Origin: Candidatus Eiseniibacteriota bacterium
Lineage (GTDB): Bacteria; Eisenbacteria; RBG-16-71-46
Assembly (NCBI GenBank): GCA_038231135.1
Contig: JBBRLX010000009.1
Location: 1 to 64,000, forward strand
Direction of reading: 5' to 3'
Length of the DNA stretch: 64,000 nucleotides
Within the stretch, counting starts at the first letter, position 1. Each line of letters opens with the position of its first letter. The notes beneath the pieces are model-generated. The model was not told where the DNA came from. It did not search any database and saw nothing but the letters and a program-made list of their open reading frames with translations. Both the position numbers and the translations under genes were made by a program. Of the stretch, positions 31,701-39,717 are shown in pieces.

Positions 31701-34128
31701 AGTTGAGGAACGTGCCCTCGGTGATGCTCGAGGTGCCCGAGCACAGCGACAGGTTGGGCGACAACTGGAACGACACGCTGAACGCCAGCACGCCGTTCGT
31801 GTAGACCCGCGTCAGGTTGACGGGGATCGTCACGCACGCGTTCGTCGGGCAGATGAACGTGCCCGTCGACTGCGCGGCGATGGTGGCCGAGATCAGCGAG
31901 AAGCTGGCGGCGATCGTGTGGTTCGCCGACACGCTCGAGAACGTGTAGCTGGCCACCGCGCCCACCGAGCCGCCATCGACCTTCACGTCATCGATCTGGT
32001 AGCCGCCGGTCGGCGTGATCGCATAGAGCTGGTTGTTGCCGCAGCCCACGACCGTGCTGCCGCTCGGGCTGATCGAGCCGCCGGTGCCGGCCGACGCGAC
32101 GATCGTGTAGGTGTCCTGCGAAAAGCTCACCGAGATCGTGTGGTTCGCGGACACGTTGCTGAACGTGTAGAGCGCCGGGGCTCCGACCGACACGCCGTCG
32201 ACGAGCACGTCCGCGACCGAGAAGCACGGGTTCGCCATGAAGTTGAACGTCTGAGAGGCGCCGCAGTTCACGCTGACCGCGCCCACCGGCGAGATGCCGC
32301 CGCCGGGCCCCGTCGATGCGGTGACGGTGTACGGCCCGTTCACGACCGCGTTGGTCGACGTGCCCGAGGCGCAACCGTTGACCTTGACGGTATAGCTGCC
32401 GGAGTTCGCCGGACCCGCGTTCGGGATGCTCGGATTCTGCAGATTTGACGTGTAGCCGCCCGGACCCGTCCAGCTATAGGACGCCGCACCCGCCGCGGAC
32501 GAGGCGAGTTGCAGCGTGGCGCCGTTGCAGATCGGCCCGTTGTTCGAGGCCGTGGGCGCGATGTTGCAGCGATCGAGCGTGATGCCGATGTCGAGCTTGA
32601 AGTTGTTCCCGGGGAAGAAGTCGACCCACGTCGTAGGCGGCAACTGGCCGGCGAGGAAGAACGCCCCACCCCGAATCGGAGCTTCGGTGTCGAACGCCAG
32701 GCTCGCGTTCGTCGTATTGGTCTGCTGGATGCCGACGAAGAAGTTGCCGGGACCCACCGCTACCGGCGTGGGAAGCGTGATGGTAACCGGTCCCGCCGCG
32801 GAGACCGTACGGTTGGCCGCATCCAGATACAGCAGGTTGCCGGGTGTGCCGGTCCCGCCGTCGGCATAGATTGCCACCTTGTAAGTGGTGGCGCTGGCTG
32901 CCGCGAATTCGGGGGTCACCTGCGTGACGTTGGTGGCCACGGCCGTCTTGAACCTGGCCATGAACGCACCCACCGCTCCCGTCAGTCCGACGCCGCCGCC
33001 GGCCGTGGATCCTGGATATTTGTACGAGAAGTTCGGGATACCGACGGTAAACGGCTTGCTGTTCGAGTTGTTGGCGGGCACGTCATCGGCCGGCACGGTG
33101 ACCGTGGCGACGTCGTTGCCCTGAAGGCTGGGGGTGAAGGGCGCGAACGTAACCGTGGTCTGACCCCCGCAGCTCGCGAGCGACGCGATCGTCTGGGTGT
33201 CCGTGAACGACTCTGCGCCCGAAACCGTGAGCGTGACCGGCAGGTTCGTAAGGGTGTTCTGACCCTTGTTGGTGACCACCGCCTGAATCGCCAGCGGACT
33301 CGTCAGGCCGAGCGGCACTACTCCGTAGTTCACGACGACATCGACACTCGCGTCATTGGCAACCACGGGCGCCGTGAAGCGCGTCTCGGGACGGAACGGG
33401 GAAGCCGCGAGAGTGGTCGGAGCCGCGGCGCCCTGAGCACCCAGCAACCCGTTCGCCAGGCCTGTGCTGTTGCACCAGACCACGGTGGTGGCGGATAGGG
33501 TGCCCACCGGATACTGCATGTCGAATGCGACATATAGACCGCCACCCGTATAAGTGAGCGGCGAACCGCCCGAGAACGTGATGTCGAACGGGCCCGCCGC
33601 GCTCGGCAGCGTGGTCGTGGCGTTGTGCACGATCGTCATGCCCGTGATCGCCGTGCTCCACGTCGTGCTCTTGTTGTTCGTGACATCAGACGTGTTCTGC
33701 AGATAGACGATCAGCGGCCCGGATCCGGTGAGTCCCTGAGCGGTTTGGTAGTTCCAGCCGATACCTGTGGGTATCGAGCCGGACACGAGCCCGTTGGCGG
33801 CCAGTTCGGAAGCGGTGATGAGATATATCGAACGGCCGAACCGGTTGCGCAGTGTGGGGGCGCGCTCATTCCCCGACGTGGAATTGTCGTTCGGCAGAAC
33901 GGTGAACGTGCAACCGCCCGCCTCGATCTGGTTCGGTACCGGGGTTGCCTTCAGCGCAACCGTGCCCTTGCCGGGGATGCTGACGTCGATGCTGGTCGGG
34001 CCCCGATCGCCGGCGGCGACCCACGGCCGGGCCGCGGAACTCACCGCGGCGGATCCTGTCGCCGGGGCGAACATTGCCGCCAGCAGGAGCAAGCCAGTGC
34101 CCCACGAGAAACCAAGGAACTTCTTCAT
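28741..34128 (-). CDS. Giant secreted scaffoldin-like protein B (~1795 aa): unique N-terminal domains (incl. CARDB-like and Ig), 7 Ig-like repeats, 2 Cys-rich cohesin-like modules, no dockerin, FlgD/T9SS-like CTD
   Basis: GGAGG RBS before ATG 34128 (MKKFLGFSWGTGLLLLAAMFAPA). Cohesins approx. 31490-31884 and 30535-30927, each followed by an SPNGGE-W Ig domain. An alternative in-frame ATG lies at 34203. Confidence 0.8.
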   Translation of the reverse strand: MKKFLGFSWGTGLLLLAAMFAPATGSAAVSSAARPWVAAGDRGPTSIDVSIPGKGTVALKATPVPNQIEAGGCTFTVLPNDNSTSGNERAPTLRNRFGRSIYLITASELAANGLVSGSIPTGIGWNYQTAQGLTGSGPLIVYLQNTSDVTNNKSTTWSTAITGMTIVHNATTTLPSAAGPFDITFSGGSPLTYTGGGLYVAFDMQYPVGTLSATTVVWCNSTGLANGLLGAQGAAAPTTLAASPFRPETRFTAPVVANDASVDVVVNYGVVPLGLTSPLAIQAVVTNKGQNTLTNLPVTLTVSGAESFTDTQTIASLASCGGQTTVTFAPFTPSLQGNDVATVTVPADDVPANNSNSKPFTVGIPNFSYKYPGSTAGGGVGLTGAVGAFMARFKTAVATNVTQVTPEFAAASATTYKVAIYADGGTGTPGNLLYLDAANRTVSAAGPVTITLPTPVAVGPGNFFVGIQQTNTTNASLAFDTEAPIRGGAFFLAGQLPPTTWVDFFPGNNFKLDIGITLDRCNIAPTASNNGPICNGATLQLASSAAGAASYSWTGPGGYTSNLQNPSIPNAGPANSGSYTVKVNGCASGTSTNAVVNGPYTVTASTGPGGGISPVGAVSVNCGASQTFNFMANPCFSVADVLVDGVSVGAPALYTFSNVSANHTISVSFSQDTYTIVASAGTGGSISPSGSTVVGCGNNQLYAITPTGGYQIDDVKVDGGSVGAVASYTFSSVSANHTIAASFSLISATIAAQSTGTFICPTNACVTIPVNLTRVYTNGVLAFSVSFQLSPNLSLCSGTSSITEGTFLNSTGSTLFNVVDNGGGSYTVDCAVVGTGCGPMTSNGNLFNIAVTSSAPGGSGTITLSTVKMRDCANAPLAVSAGAPATVPIDNQAPVVVVTSPNGGEVWPLGSVHAIGWTATDNTGVASVDIAWSTDGGVTYPNVIATGAPNTGSYTWTAQPPETNQARVRVTAHDVACSSTSDASDANFTVGAYAITASAGAGGTINPNGAVTVPYGANQAFTIAPSSGYQIADVLVDGSSVGPVANYTFNNVIADHTIAASFSLIPAYIQAQSTATYLCPSNTCVTMPVELFRQYTNPVLAYSVTFKLSPELTLCSGTGSITEGTFLSSSGPTSYQVINNGGGSYTVDDAVLGAGCGPTGTNGVLFNVAVASSVPGGTGSVTVTSTTLRDCSNDPLPVVPGIPGTVPIDNEAPIVTVTSPNGGESWLIGSSQSITWTATDNTGVANVDLAYSTDGGTTFPNVIATGVPNTGAFGWTVPNTPTALARVRVTAHDIVCSSSSDASDANFTIRDPVITASAGPGGSISPSGAVSVPSGTNQTFAISPADACHAIADVLVDGVSVGAVASYTFTSVTVDHTIAASFTLLGPYAITAAANPPAGGAVTGPASVACGGSATYTITTNSCYTLTGVDVDGVDQGPITTYTFTNVHAPHTITANFTANSPYTITATAVPAAGGTVTGPATVPCGGSATYTIAADPCYHVTDVKVDNVSVGVVPSYTFSNVQANHTIEADFAINTYTLTVPIVGSGTVTKFPDQATYDCGTKVILTAVPAATWAFTGWSGDVTSTTNPLSVVMDGNKTITATFEMATAVVVSMFEAETVNEGVTLRWKFSDATDLVASAIERAETVAGPWIRVTGDAQDVSGVETITDHAVQADHDYVYRLMATVTGGRSVALTAITGKAGAMVTESKLAKVWPNPTTDFARIDYTVAREMRVQVTIIDLQGRTVAALFDGVQRPGRYQASWNTNAGHRIPSGVYFVRYQAPGITQVRRVLLAR

Positions 34129-34214
34129 AACGCAAGACCTCCGGAGGTCATGACGATTGAGCTTGAACGACGCGGTCTGTGCGAAATCTCGAATGATTTT
34201 CATGTGCTCCCCGC

Positions 34215-37200
34215 CTACCGAACGATCGAGATCAGACGCATCTTGCGCGTCCCCGCCGCGTCGAGCCGGACGAAGTACAGACCCGACCTCATGACCGTTC
34301 CACGGTCATCCGTTCCGTTCCACGTGTAGTGATACCGCCCGACCTCCTGCACGCCCTTCGCCAGCGTCTTCACGTGGCGGCCATCGACGGAGTAGATCGA
34401 GAGTTCCGCGGCCCCGCGCTTCGCGAGGGCGTACTGCAGCACCGACGTCCCGCGCGACGGATTCGGAATCACCGGGAGCAGCAGCGTCTCGGTGACCACG
34501 CCGTCGTGGACCAGCGGGTTGTGTGCGGTGATCGTCACCGGCTTGTTGTGGGAATCGCGCCCCACCACCTTGTGGAACACGAACTGCGGATCCCCGTTGG
34601 TGAGCGCGCTGAACCGCGCGGTCGCCATCACGCCGGTGCCCGCGATGCTGCGTCCGGGTCCGAGCAGCGCCGCATCCGCGCGCCCCGGGCCCGGCGAGAA
34701 CATCACGCCACCCTGCGAGGCCACGAGTTCGCCCGTCGCGACATCGATCGGCGTCACCACCGCGGGGTCCCAGCCCAGCGTCACCGACACCGCCTGCAGA
34801 TCGCCGGCGCCGGTCAGCTCGAGCGGCACCTCGACGATGTCGCCGGCCGTCACGACGTAGGGCGCCTTCATCGAGATCGAATTGGACGTCGCGCCGCCGT
34901 TCACCACCGGGCCCTTCGAGGCCAGTGACACGACCGGCGTGTAGTTCAGCGCGAACATCACGAGGTCGTCGAGGTCGGTGACGCCGTCGGGCGTCGGGCG
35001 GCCGTCGGTGCTGAAGTCCGTCGTGGGTCCGACGTCGAGATACTCGAATCCGGCGAGCGCGCCGCCCGAGACGCCGTAATGGGCGCCGAGCAGCGACGCA
35101 TCGGCGGTGTTCACCGTGTTGTTACCCTGGCCGGGCGTCGTGCCGTCGGTCACGTCACCCAGGTGGTAGTCGAGCGTGCCGGCCGTCACGTTCGACACGG
35201 TCGACACGGTGCTGCACGCGTCCTTGGCATAGGCGACGTAGTACCAGAAATCGCGCGTACCCGGCTGGTCGAAGTCGCCGCTGCTCGCCACCGGCGTCAG
35301 CGTCCAGCCGGCCGGCGGATACGACCCGGGCGCGGGCGGCACCGAGCCCGCCGCATACAGCGGGTAGTCGCCGTAGCCCTTGCGCCACACTTCGACGCTG
35401 GTGGCCGTGCCCGGCGCGATATACGTGAGCTTGATGCTGGTCGTGCCGCTGGTGCCATTGCCGGTCTTGACCTGCGCGGCGACCAGGGTCGTGACCGGGC
35501 CCACCACCGGGTTGATCGCGAAGCTCGCCGCAATCGTGTGGTTGGTGGTGACGTTGTTGAACGTGTAGTTCGTCACCGCGCCCACCGAGACGCCATCCAC
35601 CAGCACGTCGGCGACGTGGTAGCAGGCATTCGCTGCGATCAGGAACGGGACGTTCGTACCGCACGCCGTCGAGATGCTGCCGGCCGGCGTGATCTGGCCG
35701 TTCGGGCCCGCGGACGCGGTGATCGTGTACGGCCCGAGCAGGGTGAAGCTGGCGTCGATCGTGTGATTCGCCGTCACGTTGCTGAACGTGTACGAGGCGA
35801 CCGGGCCGACCGACACGCCATCGACCAGCACGTCCGCGATGGCGTGGCACACGTCGGACGGGGTGATCGTGAACGACTGGTTGTTGCCGCTCAGCACCGA
35901 CACGCTGCCCGACGGCGAGATCGAGCCGCCGGATCCGGCCGTCGCGGTGATCGTGTAGGTCGTCGCCGACACCACGTGGACGACGGCGGCCGATGCGACC
36001 TGGCCGTCCGGATTCGTGATGTTGATCGTGTACTTCTCGGCCGGCAGGTTCGCGGTCGCAGACGAGGTGTTGAGCACCAGGTTCACGGTGGTCGGGTCGA
36101 CGTACGTCGCCGACACGACGGTGGGCGGCGTGCCGGAGGCGGCGCCGTTCGTGACCGTCGCCGACAGGTGGCTGAACGCCGGCACGCCCACCATGTCCGC
36201 GCCCGGATCGTAGAAGCCGGCGCCACCCGTGGGCAGGCCGGTCAGCGTGACGCTCACGCTCGGATAGCCCGCCGCGACGTCGGCGAGCGCGCTAGGCACT
36301 GCCGGCGGCGGCGCGATCAGCTTGGCGACCCGCACTCCGTAGGAGTTCGCGGCGTCGCAGAACATGTGCACCGACCACATCGACATGTCGTCGAGCGGAT
36401 CGAGCGACATCACCGAGTAGTCGCCCCAGCGGCGCGAGCCGCGCGAGGCGCCGGTGTCACCTGGCGGGTTGTAGGCGGTCGCGCTGCTCGTGAGCAGTAC
36501 CGGCGTCTCCATGGTGCCGGGCGGATCGTTCGCGAGACGGCCCACGGTGGCGGCGTTGATGCGCTCCGCGGTGCCCGCGGCACCGAGGCTCATCGCCGCG
36601 TGACCCTGGCCGGACACCACGATCGACGGCACGAAGTAATGCCGCTGGTCGTTGACGTTCGTGGCGCTCGGGGTGAACACGATGCCCGACTGGACGATCG
36701 TCGGCGTGCCCGCGCCCAGCGGCACGTTGAACTGGTACCAGCGCGAGCCGTCGCGGGTGTTGTTCGCCGGCGTGGCGTTCACGACGCCGGTGTTGTCGAC
36801 CGCGATGTTCTGGGCCGTCCACAGCTGCTGATTGCGGATGTGCGCATAGAAGTTGCGATCGTCGAGCGCGTCGACGTTGCCGTTCGTACCGCCGGTGTTG
36901 CCCAGATGCGGCACCTTGAGCGGGTTGCTCGTGATCGGAATCGTGATCGGGATGTTCGAGGAGATCGTCGGCGAGCCGCCGGGATCGGCGATGCGGTACA
37001 TGTCGAGAGTTCCGAACGTCGCGCCGTCGACACCGATGAAGTAGCCCTCGTTGGCCGTGGGATCGGTATTGTCGACGCCGCGCGGCGCGAACGGGCCGAC
37101 GAAACCGCCGGTCGCGGTCATCAGGCCGCGGAACGCGGTGACCACGATCGGGCCGGCGCCCAGCACCGAGCTCTTGCGCACCACGAAACCGTCGGTGCTG

Positions 37201-38045
37201 GTGAAGCTGGGGCAGAAGTTGTCGGTGCCGATGTACAGCGCCTTGGCGTCGACGCCGAGCGAGGGGTAGTCGGCGAAGCAGCTGCTGGAGATCGACGGCG
37301 AGATCGCCGCGGCGTTGAACGAGAAGAACGTCCACACCGTGCTCGGCGAGATCACGCCGGCGCTGGCGGCGTCGCTGACGCCGATCAGCACGCTGTTGCT
37401 GGTCGCGGGCACGTTGATGATCATGAGGAACCAGCGGCCCGACGTCCGGTCGTAGCGCACCTGGGGATCGCTCGTGCCGGAGGCGCCGCGCACCGAGTTG
37501 AAGAAGTTGTCGGTGGACAGGTTGAGCACGCCGTCCGCGGCGCCGGTCGTCTTGTTGAACGACACCACGCGGCCGTTGACGCCCACGATGTACTGCGCCG
37601 GGCCGATCGCACCGTCGCAGTCGGGCGGGAACGCGTTCGTCGGATTGGCGCCGCTGAGCGTCGCGGCCGTGAAGTTGGGCCCGACCGTCTGCGGGCTGAG
37701 CGTCCGGATCGACAGGCCCTTGTCCCGGCGGTAGCCGGTGAGCATGTCGGGCGGCAGGTTCGGCACCGATGCCACGCGCGGCGAGCGCGGGTTCACCGGC
37801 AGGCCGTCGCGCTCCGGTCCCTCGTGGTCGGGGACGAGGATCGGCTGCGCCGGGGTGCCGGGATGCTGCCGCTCCAGCTGCATCATGTCCGCGACCGTGC
37901 GCGAGAACCCGATGCTGCCGGTGACGGGATGCCCGGTCTGCGCGGCCATTGCCGCGGGCGCCATGATGAACGCGACCGCGACGACGGTCACGAATGTGGC
38001 GAGCCAGGGAGTGATCGGTGCGGGCTTGAGCGGGGACCTGTACAT
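34215..38045 (-). CDS. Giant secreted protein A (~1276 aa): PPD/RWGDYS head, IPT-like, 2 Ig-like repeats, Fn3-like, dockerin-like, cohesin-like, FlgD/T9SS-like CTD
   Basis: GGAGAGG RBS before ATG 38045 and a signal peptide. Dockerin approx. 34941-35159, cohesin approx. 34530-34883. Confidence 0.8.
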   Translation of the reverse strand: MYRSPLKPAPITPWLATFVTVVAVAFIMAPAAMAAQTGHPVTGSIGFSRTVADMMQLERQHPGTPAQPILVPDHEGPERDGLPVNPRSPRVASVPNLPPDMLTGYRRDKGLSIRTLSPQTVGPNFTAATLSGANPTNAFPPDCDGAIGPAQYIVGVNGRVVSFNKTTGAADGVLNLSTDNFFNSVRGASGTSDPQVRYDRTSGRWFLMIINVPATSNSVLIGVSDAASAGVISPSTVWTFFSFNAAAISPSISSSCFADYPSLGVDAKALYIGTDNFCPSFTSTDGFVVRKSSVLGAGPIVVTAFRGLMTATGGFVGPFAPRGVDNTDPTANEGYFIGVDGATFGTLDMYRIADPGGSPTISSNIPITIPITSNPLKVPHLGNTGGTNGNVDALDDRNFYAHIRNQQLWTAQNIAVDNTGVVNATPANNTRDGSRWYQFNVPLGAGTPTIVQSGIVFTPSATNVNDQRHYFVPSIVVSGQGHAAMSLGAAGTAERINAATVGRLANDPPGTMETPVLLTSSATAYNPPGDTGASRGSRRWGDYSVMSLDPLDDMSMWSVHMFCDAANSYGVRVAKLIAPPPAVPSALADVAAGYPSVSVTLTGLPTGGAGFYDPGADMVGVPAFSHLSATVTNGAASGTPPTVVSATYVDPTTVNLVLNTSSATANLPAEKYTINITNPDGQVASAAVVHVVSATTYTITATAGSGGSISPSGSVSVLSGNNQSFTITPSDVCHAIADVLVDGVSVGPVASYTFSNVTANHTIDASFTLLGPYTITASAGPNGQITPAGSISTACGTNVPFLIAANACYHVADVLVDGVSVGAVTNYTFNNVTTNHTIAASFAINPVVGPVTTLVAAQVKTGNGTSGTTSIKLTYIAPGTATSVEVWRKGYGDYPLYAAGSVPPAPGSYPPAGWTLTPVASSGDFDQPGTRDFWYYVAYAKDACSTVSTVSNVTAGTLDYHLGDVTDGTTPGQGNNTVNTADASLLGAHYGVSGGALAGFEYLDVGPTTDFSTDGRPTPDGVTDLDDLVMFALNYTPVVSLASKGPVVNGGATSNSISMKAPYVVTAGDIVEVPLELTGAGDLQAVSVTLGWDPAVVTPIDVATGELVASQGGVMFSPGPGRADAALLGPGRSIAGTGVMATARFSALTNGDPQFVFHKVVGRDSHNKPVTITAHNPLVHDGVVTETLLLPVIPNPSRGTSVLQYALAKRGAAELSIYSVDGRHVKTLAKGVQEVGRYHYTWNGTDDRGTVMRSGLYFVRLDAAGTRKMRLISIVR

Positions 38046-38122
38046 GGCTACCTCTCCGGTTCTTGCAGCGGACGCCCATCGGGCCCGACGGGGCCGCGGC
38101 TGGGATGAAAACGGCGAAAAGG

Positions 38123-39010
38123 CTATTTCAGAATCGTGAACGTCTTCTGGAACGTTCTGCCTGGTACTCTCAGCATTGCCGAATAGCGTCCGGGCGGTAC
38201 CACGAGGCCCGAATCGTTGCGGCCATCCCATGCCACGGTGCGCGTTCCCGCGGGAACGACGTCGTTGTCGAGGTTGCGCACGACCCGCCCCAGCAGATCG
38301 ACGACCAGCAGCCGCTGCTCGCCGGCGCGATCGGATTCGACGATGAAGCTCGTGCGGCCGTGCGCCGGATTGGGCGCGATCGTCAGCTTGAGCGCAGGAG
38401 CCGTCACGGGTGCCGGGACCCCAGCGGCGACGCCGATGCCGATGACGGCGTTGCTCGAGCTATCGGGGTTCACGTTGGTGCCGGCGTTGTAGAACTGCAG
38501 CCCCGGCAGGAATCTCACGACGGTGGCCCGCGGAAGGTTCGACGCCCGGAACCGCAGCTTGTAGATGGCGCCGGGACCGGTGAGCGAGGTGTTGGCGCAC
38601 AGCAGCACGTCGGTGATGGTGTCGCGATCGACACCGGCCTGGAACCGGTGGAAGCGATTGCCGCATGCGGCGGTGAAGTAGGCGCCCTCCTGCAGCGAGA
38701 CCGGTGTTCGCTGGATCAGGGTGAGGGCCGAGGGGTCGAAGCCGATGTAGGCGTCGAACGCGTTGAACGCGGATCCCGCGCGCGTGACCTGGAGCGTGAG
38801 GTCGAATGAATCACCGGGGGCGACGACGAGGCTCGCCGGGAGCAGCGCAACCTTCACGCCAGGCACGGACGCGGGAACGGGATACGCGAACACGATCGCC
38901 GCGACGACGAGGGTCGAGGCAACGCCGATCCGCCGGGATCGGGACCCGAATCCGTTGCGAGGCTCGGACGCGATATCGGCCGAGCCTTTCCTGACACAAA
39001 AGTCGGACAT
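38123..39010 (-). CDS. Small secreted protein E: single cohesin-like domain plus FlgD/T9SS-like CTD
   Basis: Hydrophobic signal segment, then VAPGDSFDLTLQV...FNAFDAYIGFDPSALTL...LTGPGAIYKLRFRAS (cohesin pattern), then PNP...LGRVVRNL...WDGRNDSG...GRY. Confidence 0.75.
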   Translation of the reverse strand: MSDFCVRKGSADIASEPRNGFGSRSRRIGVASTLVVAAIVFAYPVPASVPGVKVALLPASLVVAPGDSFDLTLQVTRAGSAFNAFDAYIGFDPSALTLIQRTPVSLQEGAYFTAACGNRFHRFQAGVDRDTITDVLLCANTSLTGPGAIYKLRFRASNLPRATVVRFLPGLQFYNAGTNVNPDSSSNAVIGIGVAAGVPAPVTAPALKLTIAPNPAHGRTSFIVESDRAGEQRLLVVDLLGRVVRNLDNDVVPAGTRTVAWDGRNDSGLVVPPGRYSAMLRVPGRTFQKTFTILK

Positions 39011-39169
39011 TCGCGGAAGATATCCATGACCTTTGCATCTTGAAAGACTTTTCTTTGCGACGTCGTGATGATTCCGGCGTTCGCGAGGGGATTGTTTACT
39101 TCGAGGAAACGTCGTCGGGTCCCGGGATCACGAACCCGGCCACGTCGTCACGGGGGTTCGCGACGCGCG

Positions 39170-39220
39170 AAAAACGACGAGCCCGGCGGAGGCCCTGAGG
39201 CCCCCACCGGGCTGTCGTCG
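39170..39220 (-). terminator. Intrinsic terminator downstream of the pilin gene
   Basis: GC-rich hairpin (CGACGA-GCCCGG...CCGGGC-TGTCGTCG) followed on the minus strand by TTTTT. Confidence 0.7.
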
Positions 39221-39234
39221 ATTCGGCGGGTTGT

Positions 39235-39660
39235 CTACTGACCGGCGGAAAGAATCAAGCTCAGTGCGGCCGACTTACCGTGACCCTTGATGTTGTACGA
39301 GGTGCCCAGCGAATCCGAGTAGGACGTAATGCCGGCCGTCGTGCTGGCAGGCGATACGTTGACCGTACGATCCTCGTAGGAGTTCAGGACCACGTTCGTG
39401 AACGGATTCTTGAAGCTGGCTCCGGCGCTCGGGAGCAGCGCGGCGACCTGGGGCGCCGTGTCCGCGTAGGTGCCGTCGTTCTGCACGCCGTAGTCTTCCG
39501 ACGACAACTGGAAGGTGTGCATGTTGGACTTCGTGCTGCCTTCCTTCGCGCGGTTCTGCATCGCGATGAAGTTCGGGATCGCGATGGCTGCGAGAATTCC
39601 GATGATCACGACCACGATCATCAATTCGATGAGCGTAAAGCCTTTCTGTGTCCTGGTCAC
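39235..39660 (-). CDS. pilA: Type IV major pilin-like protein
   Basis: AAGGAG RBS before GTG 39660. Short class III leader QKG|FTLIELMIVVVIIGILAAIAIPNF. Confidence 0.88.
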   Translation of the reverse strand: MTRTQKGFTLIELMIVVVIIGILAAIAIPNFIAMQNRAKEGSTKSNMHTFQLSSEDYGVQNDGTYADTAPQVAALLPSAGASFKNPFTNVVLNSYEDRTVNVSPASTTAGITSYSDSLGTSYNIKGHGKSAALSLILSAGQ

Positions 39661-39717
39661 AAGGGTCTCCTTTTCCAAACGAACGAGGGGCCGTCTCTCA
39701 AACAGTAGGACTAGAAC

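Noticed and set aside
20680..32330. CRISPR array or diversity-generating retroelement behind the repeats
   Set aside because: The repeats are in-frame protein modules with mainly synonymous differences. There are no spacers, cas genes or reverse transcriptase.
19371..38045. PilY1-type pilus adhesins, suggested by the adjacent pilin
   Set aside because: No C-terminal PilY1 propeller and no minor pilins. The pilin has its own terminator.
20235..38108. Very long plus-strand ORFs (20235-24302, 24453-26924, 30001-32448, 35079-38108)
   Set aside because: Antisense shadows of GC3-biased genes, with R/H/V-rich low-complexity translations and no motifs.
19371..39010. Classical cellulosome interpretation
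   Set aside because: No recognisable GH, CBM3 or SLH domains. The proteins carry diderm-type CTDs and many disulfide-type cysteines.
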